Notes: generated from the sequence alone by a model not told the origin. A stretch of DNA of 59,795 bases, filler included, from Sphacelaria rigidula (GCA_964200075.2; 10 parts of 10 records of this genome joined end to end with filler, not necessarily neighbours in it), one strand, 5' to 3'; shown: positions 11,222 to 23,960, numbered from the whole stretch's first letter. Program-made: numbers and translations.

Positions 11222-11700
11222 GGGACTGGGAAAGTACCCGGTGACTCTCGAACGCTTGCGAGCGCCACGAGCAAGGCTACAGTAGGGGTACACAAGTATT
11301 TTCTGAGGTCAGAATTGTTAGGGGCCCTTTATCTCATCCACAACAAGACTTTTGAAAATCTGCGAGAGCACGCCAGGATTACTGTTCCAATGCGCTGGGG
11401 ATATCCCGAACTAATCTGCAAACGGGGATGCCCTGACCCATATTCTTGTGCATCTCGAATCTTTAGGAGCCTCTGGACCAGATGAAATTTTCGCGAAAAA
11501 AGTGCACCCCTACCGTAGCATTGCTCCCACGGCGTACAAACAGGACAGCTCTCCGAAGTGCCGTGTTGCAGTCCGATTTTTTTTTGACTTCGGCGAAAAT
11601 GAAGCTTCGAAGAAAAAATCAAGCCGCTTCGCTCGCGGTGAAGTCTGAACGCAGCGTCCAAAATTCATGAAATTTCTGATGTCTCCGGGAAATCAGTGTG
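11200..11700 (+). repeat. Unclassified interspersed repeat
   Basis: 11200-11270 plus 11525-11700 align co-linearly with 56905-57170 on another scaffold (e.g. acaggrcagctctc.raagtgc). Confidence 0.6.
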
Positions 11701-11980
11701 GATTATAATAGAGGTAACTCGAACTCGGTTCCCAGTTTCCTGGCTTGTTTTGTTCTATTTTTTCGAGTGAAAGTGATGACGATTTTATGGATAGGACAAA
11801 TAATGATTCGTCAGGAAATTACTTGGGTTTAGTATCATGAGTTGACTCGTGATAAATAAATCCCAAAGACTCATTTTCACNNNNNNNNNNNNNNNNNNNN
11901 NNNNNNNNNNNNNNNNNNNNNNNNTTAATTAATTAANNNNNNNNNNNNNNNNNNNNNNNNNNNNNNNNNNNNNNNNNNNN

Positions 11981-12052
11981 TGTGGGGGAAGCACTGTTTT
12001 AGGCTTGAACCTCATCTCGGAGTTAAACCTCAATTCGCACAATTTGTTGTTA
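11981..12052. repeat. 72-bp repeat at scaffold start, inverted at scaffold end (17793-17864)
   Basis: Near-identical reverse complements. Both lose similarity at the same base (…aatttgttgtTA). Confidence 0.9.
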
Positions 12053-14247
12053 AAACCTGGGGCATCCGCGGTGAAGACGAAGCCGCGGCGGTACGACCCA
12101 GTGAAGTCCAGTTGGTTGGCGTTGTGCGTGGTGGCTCTTTTGGCGCTCGGGTTTGTGTTTAGGAAATTGAAGACGGGGTGGTCCAGTCCAGATATGGCGT
12201 TTCCGAACAATGCTGCATCATGGACGGAGGGCAGGCTGCAGGCGTTGGCGGCAGCGAAGGATCTGGTCACTCATGCCGTGACGCTGTTCCATCCTCGTCC
12301 TGATTGTCAGGTGTTTATGTTTCCGGATGCATCTGAGTGTCATTGGGGTAGTTTGGTCATGCAAGTGCCTACAGTTGAAATTGAAATGCCTGTTCGCGCT
12401 GTGGCTGTGTATGGTCCGTGTGAACCTGATGACTCGATGCCGTCTAAATCTATTTTCCGCCAACTGCAACAAAATACCTTGGGGCCGAAGATGCGGATGT
12501 GCAATCTTTCGAGTCGGACGTTGATACTGCTATCTTGGACAATGAAGGTCTGTTTTGTGTGCATGTGCGTGGCCGACCGTTTTGTGGATTCCGAGTTCTG
12601 ACAAGCAGTTGCAGGTACGTGCACATGCGCGACGGACACTTTCTACGATACCCCCCCCCCCCCGAAAAAAAAAGTGCATGGTTTTGGGAGGCAAAATTTT
12701 CACGTCAATCGAAATGGAAAAAGCCAAGCACAGCAAGCAGCTGAGAACTGCCACGCTTGGGTTCGTTTTCGTTAATGTTGCCAATATGAGGCGCTTCATG
12801 CAGCCTGAACCCAAACATCAGGCGCTGTACGGCCATTTTTTTCGTGAAACGTTTAGGCTGGATTTGGGGGGGGGGCTATCGTCGTCGGAAGTGTCGACGC
12901 TGGGCATCGTGGTGTGGCTGCGACGCTCGTGCGCTTGCGAGAGTTTTGTTTCTGGCGGGGGAGAGAAACTCATGCTCGCGAATTTGTCCACCAGTGTCTT
13001 CACTTTTCTGACTCGAGGGCGGGTGATTTTGTTACCCGCCCGCTCGGCGAACCGATCCATGGGACCACGCTGAATGAAGTCGTTCATTCTGACTTCATGT
13101 AAGTGGGCGAGAGTGGCCCGCTAGTTTCCCAAGATTTGTCGGGGGATGCTGGTTTTCGGTACATTTTGGTAATCATAGATGATTTCAGCAACTTTGTGGC
13201 TCTGGAATCAGCAGAAGTGTGTACTGCTGAACCGACCGCTGCATCTTTGCTATATCGGTGCAAAAACGTTGGGGGTGCCGCGTTGGGGTGCCGTGTGTGT
13301 GTGAGTGATACCGTCCCGCATTTCAAGAATGCGATTTTGGCCCGATTGCGTGAGGCTCCGCGCGTTGATCACCAGTTTGCGGTAGCGTATTGTCCTTGGT
13401 CTAACAGCACGTGCGAACGCATGGTCAGGGAAGTAGTTCGTGCTCTTCACTCTATTCTTCCCGAGTAGCGTAAAGCGGTTTCCGAGTGGGTGGACGTGTT
13501 GCCTACGGTGCAATGAGCGCTTAATACAGCGTATCGTCGTCGTTACGATAGTACGCCGTACCACGTGATAATTGGTCGTGCCCCTCGGACGTCTGTCTCG
13601 GTGCTGGCGTCTTTGTTGGCGGGGGAATGGATTTGTGATATTTTTGATGATGTTCAAATCAAGAGTGTATTGCAAGTAGGCTTGGACTTGCCATAACGTT
13701 TCCACGTTCAAGTGCAGGAACGTGTTGCCGCTGAACGTGCGCGTAGACGTGAGGGGTCCTCGTCGGGGCTGGAATTTTTTAGGTAGGCGACCATGTCTTG
13801 TATGCATGCGTGCGTCGTCCGGGTGCTACGCCCAGGTTCATCGCGACATGGACTGGTCCATGAAGAGTGGTTGGTGCTCACCACCCGTACGTGCTTGAGA
13901 TTCAGAACATCGTTTCGAGTCGTGTTCAGATCGCCCATGTAGCTTGTTTTCATTTTGATGTAGACTCGCAGCTTGATGTTACGGCTGACGTTAAGGACGT
14001 GTTCCAGCATACTTTCAATCAGAGGCAATTTCAGATAGCGGGTATTGTCCCAGTGACACAAGCAGATGATCGTTCGTTGATCGTGTTGGTCGACTGGGTT
14101 GGTTTCGAAGTTGAGGAGCGTACGTGGGAACCTCTCAAGGACATTTTCGTGGCCGCTACGGAATTTCTTATGAAGGAGTTGCGTAAATTGCACGTGACTC
14201 GTGCCGTTGCTTCTCGCCTTACGAGTGAGTTTGGTATTCAAATATGA
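12051..14247 (+). pseudogene. Decayed Ty3/gypsy (chromovirus-type) pol: RT start, RNase H fragment, integrase, chromodomain
   Basis: LKPGASAVKTKPRRYDP, FPDASECHWG, YILVIIDDFS, VSDTVPHF, WSNSTCER and chromodomain VLVDWVGFEVEERTWEPL. Contains stops, frameshifts, deletions and a MITE insertion. Confidence 0.9.
12635..12895 (+). mobile_element. MITE with 4-bp TSD (Sola-like family)
   Basis: TIR GACACTTTCTACGATACCCC...GGGCTATCGTCGTCGGAAGTGTC with TSD GACG (12631-12634, 12896-12899). Removing it restores HMRDAGH, and the empty site is seen in the paralogue at ~5805-5825. Confidence 0.9.
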
Positions 14248-14321
14248 CTTACTCATCGTTTTGGCGTTTTCCATGCCTCAAGCTTGTTGGTCGATTATCG
14301 TCCAACGCGCTTTGGGGGTGC

Positions 14322-14500
14322 TGTGACGAAAGTACGCCGTTACGTTGAGTTGGTAGTGATGACATGGACAATCGCCGTTGGTAGTGATGATCTGGATAAT
14401 GATCGGGGGCGCTAGGTTGATACCCCGGCGTGTCTAGGTGGGTGCCTTGGAAGATCATTCCGATAATATGCGATGCACACCCGGCCATTTGGCTCGCCCC
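14322..14500 (+). mobile_element. Probable start of the gypsy 3' LTR
   Basis: GGGGGTGC tract followed by TGTGACGAAAG, ~75 nt after the pol stop. End not determinable. Confidence 0.5.
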
Positions 14501-14859
14501 AAGATTTTCTCTAGGGGGAAATTTCCCCCTCTAGCGGGGGAAAACACCCTCTACAGGACCTTTGGAGGGGGGAAAAGTGGTAAAGGGGTCCATTTTCCAC
14601 CATTCTAGAGGGTTTGTCAGCCCGCACATCAATAGCCCACTGGAGACCCTCTGGAGGGAGGACCTTGGGCTCCCCCTAGAGGGGTCGCGTGCATTCTGCG
14701 GAGGCTCTACGACAAATGAAACCCTCCAGAGGGATGTGTCGACTGCTGCAACTCTACAGCGATGGTATGGATGGCCCAGCCCCCAGAGATCATTCTGGTT
14801 CCACGCTCTCGTCGTCGTTGTTTCACCCTCTGGATGAATGAAATACGCGTGTCGCATTT

Positions 14860-15270
14860 CTTTTTTCAAAATAGTGCGGTCGATTTTTTTTTGCCGATCT
14901 AATAGGTCCACCGCGTTTATGTTCCTAGATGGTTTTCACTCAAGATTATAATTAGCAGCGCGCGGAGAAGAATTGCTTGAGGTGACAAAACAACCGTTTT
15001 CGATCGAAACCATGCGGTCGAAAGGCACGAAGCGGCACTTATTGACTCCTATCTCCTATCTTACAGACCACCTCGCCAGATGACACCTGTTCACAGGACT
15101 GTGTAGGCTCCATCCAAATTATTCTCAGCTACCACCACAACCCTGCAGCATAGAGCACGAGTTGAGCCCAGGGATAAAAACACCGCAGTAGTCGGGTGTG
15201 CTTTGTTTATTTTTTTGTCGGCGAAAACTTGCGCGCCGTCCTTCTCTGATCTCTGATGGTACGGGTGCGT
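14860..15270 (+). repeat. Interspersed repeat, direct copy of ~16570-16985
   Basis: Shared cgatcgaaa.catgcggtcg.aaggcacgaagcggcactt...ttgagcccagggata. Reverse homologue at ~23480-23680. Confidence 0.8.
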
Positions 15271-16569
15271 GCAGGTTGGGACAAACAACCTGACGGAGCT
15301 GTTGTATCCTCGTTTATTGCCGGAAGCAGCTGTCTGTGCCGAAGCGGCGCAATGTGTCGGCCAATCGCAGCTGGTTTTTGACTTCATTGCTACAAATATC
15401 TCTCATCTGATTGAAGAAAGGTCGCCGTATTTTGGTGTATTCAAAGACTCTGATTGGTCGAGAAACTTTGCTACTCATAAATGTTGCCCCTATCTGTGGG
15501 CCCAGTTCCTATATTTTCGCATTAAACGGGGTTTTGTGCATAAGCACATGCGTGTTTTGAAAAGCATATGTTTTTTTAGATTTCAGCATAACGAAGGCAT
15601 AAAAGCTGTAAGCTTTACGCCCAACTTGGCGCATGCAGTACTCCAAAGGGATTTTGCACCCCATGTTCAGCAGCTAGTACCTGCTCACGGGTGCTCCATG
15701 TGACGTGGTTCGTGGAGTCGTGGCGTTTGTTTGTGCTCGTAATTTTTTCAGCTTTGTTGCGGGTCTGATACCGGTTTTGGTTCTGTATGTGAGCTAGTCT
15801 ATGTTCATCTTAAACTGATCAAGAAATAAATGTGTCATTTTTCACATCGAACAGCGGCTCCCGCCACAATGTCACACGCCAATCTAATCCACAACCGTAC
15901 AGTGTACAGCGCACATAACACAGTGCACCGACAGTACAGCAGTGATCACTACTATCCTCTGGCAGAGCAGAAAGAGGTCGAGGTGACCGAGATGCGGACT
16001 CCAGCGCCCCAACGGCGCGACGGGAAGCAGACCGCTGAGGAGCAGAGAACGAGAGGGAAAGCGCAGAAATTTTCTTTTTCTTTCTCCTACTTCTTTTTTA
16101 TTATTATTTCCGTAATGGCCTTCAACATCGATGAACGACGAAAAACGAGCGGGCTTTCCTTCCAAGCAATCGTGATTTCTCGAACTGTTCACATTTGAAC
16201 ATGAAAACACGCGCATAAAAAATGAAAACACGCGCATAAAAAAATATTACTATTACTCGAAGTATATGTATATGTCTCCATGGATCATGTGGCATTTTGA
16301 ACTGGCACAAGACTAAAAAAACAACACATGTCAGGAATATCACTCGAGAAATATATGCGAACCATGAGACACGCGAGAGAGATGTGCGGTAGGGTGTTTT
16401 TCTTCAACATGGGGGGGCGCAAGAAATTTAGGGTCGAAAAAGAACTTGAGGAGCCGAAAAAAAGGGGAAGGGGGCGCAAAAGAGCAAGAAAGAAGCGCAG
16501 AAAAAGCGCGGAAAAGCGAAAAAAAAACAGGAAATAAAATATAGTAGGAAACGCAGAAAACGATAATCC

Positions 16570-17345
16570 CCTTTTTTCGATCGAAAAAGTGCCGTCTTTT
16601 TTTTGCCGATCTGATGGATTCACCGCATTTATCTTCCCTGAAGGCTTCAACTCAAAATTATAATGAGTGGCGTGCAAGAAACTCTTGGACACGAAACATG
16701 AACCTTTTCGATCGAAAGCATGCGGTCGGAAGGCACGAAGCGGCACTTGACTCCTATCTTACAGACCACCACGCAAGAGAGCACCTGTTCACAGGATGAT
16801 GCAAACTCCATCCAACTCATTCTCAGCTACCATCGCAACACACGCGGCATAGGGCACGACTTGAGCCCAGGGATAGATAAACTGCAGTAGCTTGGTATGC
16901 TTTGTTAATTTTCGTTGGCGAAAACTTGCGCATCTTCTTTCATGGTGGGAATCAGCGACGGAACTGCGTGATACGGTGGGCAACCGAGTTGCGCGCACGC
17001 TTATGAACAATGCAGGCAGTGCACAGCTACACCTATGCTGAAATCCATTTCACGTCGCATTGTAAGCAGAGAGAACTGATAGCCCTGCATGGGCTGTCTG
17101 CGCTGCACGTTGCCCACTTCTCTTTTACATCCCCCTGTGCAAACCACGTACATACGCTCTCAAGATACTGCTTTCAAGCAGTGCTGACAGTACACACTGT
17201 ACTGCACACGAGTGACCATGTACGGTTTCACGAATTTCACTGCCTTTTTTCAGATCGGAAGGTTGCAGAGTCGCTTGGACCCAACTCAATTCTACCGCCC
17301 CATTTTTTTCGATCGATAAAAAAAACTTCGTAAGATACTCCCTCA
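16570..17345 (+). repeat. Longer copy of the same family (possible hAT-type non-autonomous element)
   Basis: Both ends align in reverse to 23112-23680, whose end reads CAGGGCGTGACTTAG. The palindrome TTCGATCGAA recurs. Confidence 0.6.
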
Positions 17346-19535
17346 GCGAACAAAGAAACAGACCCGTCAAAATACTGTTCTAGTCCTTCTTCGTTGTTTC
17401 ACGCCCTAAAAAAGAGCTAGGCGGTTAAGGTTGACATATTGGAATAACTTTCTCTGCTCCCTGAGATGGTTCCCAGATATCTTCGCGTTGTCCGGCAGCC
17501 GCAGACTTTCTTTTGACCAAGCTTTCATTTTTGTCTGAGAAAACGGTAAAACATAGGCACAGGACTCATCATACATGGCGATGATTTTGTAGTGAACTCA
17601 ACTATCTGCGCGAAGCGCGATTATGGCCGGGCATTCAAGATCGGCACCCGTCAAACACCGAGGACCCGTTTGAAATCAGCCGAAGGACTGAAACATGATA
17701 AATGTACTGTTTCACGGTCTGTACTGCAGCACAAACACACTCCCTTCCCGTCTCATATGTGCTGTACGAGCTGGTTCAGATTGAACGCCCAATAACAACA
17801 AATTGTGCGAATTGAGGTTTTACTCCGAGATGAGGTTCAAGCCTAAAACAGTGCTTTCCCCACACTTTCANNNNNNNNNNNNNNNNNNNNNNNNNNNNNN
17901 NNNNNNNNNNNNNNTTAATTAATTAANNNNNNNNNNNNNNNNNNNNNNNNNNNNNNNNNNNNNNNNNNNNAGCTCGCGCTTTGCCTCACTGGGGGGGAAC
18001 CACATATTCCATTCACGACATGTACCGCCGCGCCTCGGTCGTCTAAAGTGGTGACGGCAGTCGATATCGATACGGTACGGGACAGCTGATTTAATCCGCG
18101 ATTCCAGAATGCCAGACAGGTACTGCGGGAGAGAATGGTTCATCTCCCGAGACTACGGTATCGTTTCAATGGAGAGGAGGGGATGAGAATACGGCAAGAA
18201 AAAACAATGAAAAAAGTCTACAGAAATTGCCAGAGATAACCCCCGGGTGTAGCATTCGAACAGAAAGTAAACTGCGAGCAAGGCCATGTACGAATATGGA
18301 CAAGTAGGTAGAACAAGGCGTCGCTACCAATCAAGAAGAGAGCGATGAAAATAGATCGGCAGGAGTGCCCAAGGAGCAGCATCAAAAAAGAGTTCAACAG
18401 CACCACCGACAGCTATAGAACGGGCAGGATAAACGGCGCCCTCTGGAGCGGTGCAGGGGATCCCAGGACACCAGAACGATCACCTATATCGCCGAAGACC
18501 AACACTGCAGTAATAACAACCCACGACGTACGACACCTCACCGACACTTACACTACAGCAACACTCCGCTGTACTGTGCTGTTCTTGTGCTCAATTCGTG
18601 CAGTGCAACGCGTTTCACCTCAAGGCCTTGGCGCTGCTCCGAACTCACCCGCTGTCCCTTCACGCGGCGCGTGTGCGCCACAGCGCCTGCTGCCGTCATC
18701 ACGGCGCCGCCGGCCAAGATTAGACTTGCCGGAACGTTGCCGTGGGCTTGGTGGCAAACCGTCGCTAAAACCTGCAGCCCCGCGCCGCGTTCCGCCATTT
18801 CTTGCAGGGAGGGCAGTCTGGCCCACATCCCCGAGTCGACTCGACGACTCAGCCACGACGTGACCCACACACCGGCCGCAACTACCCCAGCAACACCCAC
18901 ACAGCACGCCACCTGTTGGGGGAGTGGAGGCAAACGTGGACGGTGCACATGTGCACCAAGGGAACAACGTCGGTACCGTCAGTACGGGAAAGTACAGGGC
19001 CGACGAGTTTACGCGGACCAAGGACAGTCATTGGTGGCGGTGCTAAGGTTAGGCATAGATGACGCGAACGGACGACAGACGCATGCTCCTGCCAGATAAA
19101 CTTGTATGCCATTTTCGCATTTCGAGCCGGCACGCCTTGTGTTTGGTGCTAAAATAGACGCTGGAACGTCAAAATGAAAGGGGGGTTCGGTTGTCAAGCG
19201 AGGTCGCGTTCTTGTTGGAGGATCGAGCGGGCTCAACAGAGAACAACACACGTGCCGACACGACAGAGACGTCTACTCTTTTTGAAACTGCTAAACGGGA
19301 GTCCAAAATCGTCATGATGTTTCGAAGCTGATTGGTGCAGGGTGTAGACTAAAAATTAAAACGAAAAAGTTAAGACGAAAACGAAAAGTCGTGGAGACAG
19401 ATTGCCGCTCATCTATTTCGGCCACACTATTTTCAAAGGGTATGAGCTCCCACCCATGAGCCCAACGGAAGTGAAGCACCAAACTGCGATTTGCATACAC
19501 TACACGAGGGAAAAAGAAAAAACAAATAATAATAA

Positions 19536-19547
19536 AATATATATATA

Positions 19548-19599
<52 letters not shown>
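19536..19599. repeat. Compound (AT)n(GA)n microsatellite
   Basis: Directly visible. Confidence 0.95.
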
Positions 19600-19602
<3 letters not shown>

Positions 19603-20670
19603 CACAAAAAAAGCTTGGTTTGCTGCTCAATGCCGGGAGTTCCGACCCAAACGGAAAAATTACACAGACCTCCTACGAGCAAGTTACAAATCCTACGAAA
19701 GTACCAGATCGAGGTTTTTCGTTTGTTCATCGAGTCATGACGTTTGCTTTTTTTTGCCAGAAATTTCACATCCCCCTGACATTCTCTTTTTTCCTTTTTT
19801 TCTTCCCGCTAGCTTCCGCTACTTTCCGCGTATTGATGATGTTAATCTCCCATCAATATTTCAGCTCTTACTTTCCAAAATCAAGCCGGGCAAGGTTGTT
19901 CAACCACCGATAGGAAATCGCTGACCCAGCTCGTACGATGCTGTGGTTGGCTCGCTGCCCTACACCCCAACCCAAGTACTTCCGATTGTTGGATACCTCG
20001 CTACAAAGATCCCAAGACTTGTCCAAGACAGGGAAGTTGAAGGTCATTTATCGAAAGGGGGCCGAGAAGCGACGTCAGAAGAACATGGAGATAAACATCT
20101 GCTCGCACGGTCGTCAACCCATGTCGAAAGGCTTTGGCATGTCAACGTATGTCCATCACTTTAGAGCATGCGGTATCGTTTTCGAACACCCAAGATAGAA
20201 CGAACGCGCACGCATCCGCAGCTAACCTGACTACTAAAGCGTATAGTGAGCTTCGACCGAATGCATTCGGTTTCGTACTGAGCGAGCAAGCGCACATAGT
20301 CTGCGGTCTTTTTTGCCCCACAGCGCCAAGTTGTGGAACTGTGCACTACGGTTTTGCCAGAACAGACAGTTTCCCCCCTCGCCCGTGACACTGGTCCAAT
20401 CCCTCTCTTCCTCAGGACGACCCTGTAGTGCCACCGGGTCAACCCGTCTCTTCCCCTGTACGTGCCGGACATTTTTGTATCTAGGACTGGATTATGACCA
20501 TCAGTACTGCCGCACCGAGTCGATTTTCGTCGACTTCTCTTCGCCACTATACCCGTGTCCTGACGGTGTCAAAGACGGCAACCGGATAGTGTACGACCTG
20601 GGTCAGTCTAAAAGCACATTTATCTCTACAAAAGCACACGATAACTTTTTCAGCTTCCGGAATCAGCCTC

Positions 20671-20885
20671 ATGTAAGTATATCGCTGTGATCGGGTGCAG
20701 GCCAACCTGCTGATGGACGGTCTGCAGGTGAAAAGATAAATGGAAAAATGTCCTGTATAATGTATGACCTTAACGACGGAACCAGAATCTGTAAAAGAGG
20801 GATATATATGTCGGGATTCCAACTCGTGACTTTTCGCCCTTGTGGACGTAACTTACACCAGCTGGACTTCGGGTGTAACCGTGCC
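20671..20885 (-). mobile_element. tRNA-derived SINE, family B
   Basis: Minus-strand AGTCCAGCTGG (A-like) and GAGTTGGAATCCC (B-like). Homologous to 10616-10790. Confidence 0.65.
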
Positions 20886-22662
20886 ACACAATAAGTGGAA
20901 TGCAAAGACCAATTGGAGGGTTGTTGAGCTTTAGCCTCACACGCACCATGTACGCATCAAGAGGCAAGGAATTACTGCGGCAGCCGAATGTGTCAACATT
21001 TTCTTTCAGTCATGACCTTCTCAATTCTTGTCAATTTTAAACTGGACTAACTTGCCGGGGGTGGGGGGCAGGGGGGGTTGGTACCTTTTGGCTACCTCAG
21101 CACATTTTTGCGTCTTGATTTGAACCTTGTTCCCAAATCCCAGCTTCTAATTTTTGAAAACAGGCCGTGCCAAGCTTATCACGCGCCAAAAAAATGCTTC
21201 AGGGTGACCCAGCTCGTACTCGCGAGGGAAAAAGTCGGTATGAGCCATTGCAACCATATTCTCTGGCAGACCGAAACCAACAGAAACACACCATGCCCTG
21301 TTGAGTGACAGCTATCTTGAGGGCTGTCGCGCACTGTTTGGGGGGCAGTGCGATCATCTTGGTCAACACTTTAACCCCTCGCATCGATCGCGGATGAACA
21401 GCTGATGATCGTCACGGGCTCAATTCTCAATCACATCTCTGAGGTATCTTCATGTGTGCTGAACACACCGTGAATAATCAAGCTATCGACAAAGAATGAG
21501 ACTGACATCTGCATATTGGAATCACAGCTGCAGAGTATTCTCCCGAGAAATTTTCCATTGTGCAGCTTTCGCAAGGCCATAAGCGCGCCGACGAAAGTTG
21601 TGCCTGACACCGACCGGTAGGCGATAGGCGGTAGGCTGTAGACAGGACACCTCTGACGCCTCCGGTGAAGGTCTGCCTTGGCGCAATATCACATCATTAC
21701 TCGCGAACGCGCCATCGTCAACGCTTCATGTTTTCCTTCATGTTGACAATTGTTCGACAGAAATAGCGGTGATTGATCACCACCCAATTGAATCAAAACG
21801 CGCTGCAGATGAGCACACACGCACACAGTACATGGCAGTACAAGGGACAACATTGAATACGTGGAGTGAATACACTCGGTCAGTCTAAAAGGCAAGCATA
21901 TCTCGACCAACCCCTCCTTGTACATGAAACCCCACATGCTTGCACAATTTCCCGTCTGTATTGGCGGTAGCTATGGTGTGGCCGTCCGATGTCGTAGTTG
22001 TTTACGAAATACAGTACAGTCCACGCGACCAGCACTAGGCAAGGGGCAGTCTAAACTTTGGCAAATCGACTTCATTCATGTCTCACATATTGGTGCACGT
22101 TGAGGTGACAGCCGGAAAAAGTGACCACATGTTTTTGAGTAACTGCCGCATCCGGAGTTTTTTTTCGGAGAGATGGGTCAGACCTTGTGTCCTTCGCTTC
22201 ACCATCTCGGGCGAACAGCAATTCTACCAAAGGCACCAACATGTCAGTGAGACACCTCTGCGTCCTCTGGTGTAGGCCTGACTGAAATATCTCGCCGTTA
22301 GAAATAGTGGATTCGCCCTCGTCAACGTGCGGCCTGTCCCACGAGAAAACCGCAAATTCCGACCCGCAGTCCACCTCTTATTTTCGAACTCTAAGCTGGT
22401 GCAATGCCTGTCTTTTCGGTGCCGATGCCAGGCCCACGAGCAACTTCGAGAATCGAAAAACGATTTCGACAGCGGTTCCTTCTTTTGTGAGAGGCACCCC
22501 GTCAGGGTCGCTTGAACCTATGTTCGTGTATGTACAATTTAATGCACAAGAGACAGAGATCGGCAACAACATAAAATAAACTCAGGTTGTAAGGCCTAGG
22601 TTTAGCGCTAGGGCTTGCTGAGTTTGAAACCCAGGAGAAAAGGTGAAGACTTCACGGGAACC

Positions 22663-23068
22663 GTAGGTAAGGTGCCCTACCGAGCGTACCCCCGGTTTTT
22701 ACCGGTGTATCTCATACCGTGGTATGCGTGGGTATCGTAGGTATGAGTTTTGATATTACCTGATTGAGCGGGTACGGTAGGTACTGAAATCTCGAGATAC
22801 CGTGGTATCGTAGGTAGTAGTTTTGAAAATACCTGATTGAGCGGGTACGGCGGGTACTGGTATCTCGAAATACCGTGGTATCGTAGGGTATCGTAGGTAT
22901 GACATCTGAAAATACCCAATTGAGCGGGTGCGGTAGGCACTGGCATCTCCAAGTACCGTGGTATCGTGCGTATCGCATGTATTACATTTGAAAATATTCG
23001 ACTGGGTCGGTATCGGTAGGGTATGAGATGTCCCAAATACCAGTACCCGGTACCTGCCTTACCCTCTA
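22663..23068. repeat. Minisatellite-bearing element, ~73-83-bp units
   Basis: ccgtggtat recurs at 22717, 22800, 22873 and 22956, with aatacctgattgagcgggtacgg cores. Confidence 0.8.
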
Positions 23069-23111
23069 TACCGACTTCAACACTGTCATCGGGCAGTGCA
23101 GAGAAGCACTT

Positions 23112-23680
23112 CAGGGCGTGACTTAGTAATTTTTTCTTCCATCGAAAAAATGGGGCGGTGCAATCGACTTGAGCGAAGATCGCACATTTTTGTCGAGTTC
23201 GGTCTAAGCGAATTTCAAGCTTTCGATCGAAAAAAAAAGGTGAAAATCTTGAAACGGTACATGGTCACTCGTGTACAGTATAAAGAGTCTGTACTATCTG
23301 CACTGCTTGCAAGCAATGTGTCGTGCGTGCGTGTGTGCGTGTTTCGTACAGTAGGATTTTTAAGAGAAGCGGGAAACGTGCAGTGCAGGCAGTCCAGGAC
23401 TATCAGTTCTCTCCGCTTACAATGCGACGTGAAAAGGACTTCAACAACGTGTAGCTATGTACTGGCTGCACTCTCCATGAGGGTGCACGCAACTCGGTTG
23501 CCCACCGCACCACGCAGTTCCATCGCTGATATCATCATGAAATAAAATGCAAAAGTTTTCGCCAACAAAAAAGGAACAAAGCATACCCAACTACTGCAGT
23601 GTATCCATCCCTGTGCTCAACTCGCACTCGATGCTGCAGGTTTGCGGTGGAAGCTGAGAATGAGTTCGATGGAGTTTTTT
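23112..23680 (-). repeat. Reverse copy of the 16570-17345 family
   Basis: aaaaaatggggcggt and gcaactcggttgcccaccg...gctgagaatgagtt match in reverse complement. Confidence 0.65.
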
Positions 23681-23697
23681 CCATGGTTGTGTTCTGT

Positions 23698-23860
23698 AAG
23701 GTAAGGGTACGTTCTGTAGGGTATGAGATTCCGTACAGAGTTTACAAAAATATCGGGTACCGGTATGGAAGTCTCACAGAGTTTACAGAACTGTCGGGTA
23801 CCGGTATGAAAGTCTTACAGACTTTACAGAACGTGTCGGGTACGGTACGGGAGGCTTACA
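23698..23860 (-). mobile_element. Truncated copy of the 3555-4019 element
   Basis: acagaactgtcgggtaccggtatgaaagtctt units, cut by the scaffold end. Confidence 0.75.
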
Positions 23861-23960
23861 NNNNNNNNNNNNNNNNNNNNNNNNNNNNNNNNNNNNNNNN
23901 NNNNTTAATTAATTAANNNNNNNNNNNNNNNNNNNNNNNNNNNNNNNNNNNNNNNNNNNN

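Noticed and set aside
18345..19133. Several overlapping 130-170-aa ORFs
   Set aside because: GC-rich sequence open in many frames with no protein signature.
19922..21219. 15-mer TGACCCAGCTCGTAC occurring twice
   Set aside because: No extension of similarity and no element structure; may be chance.
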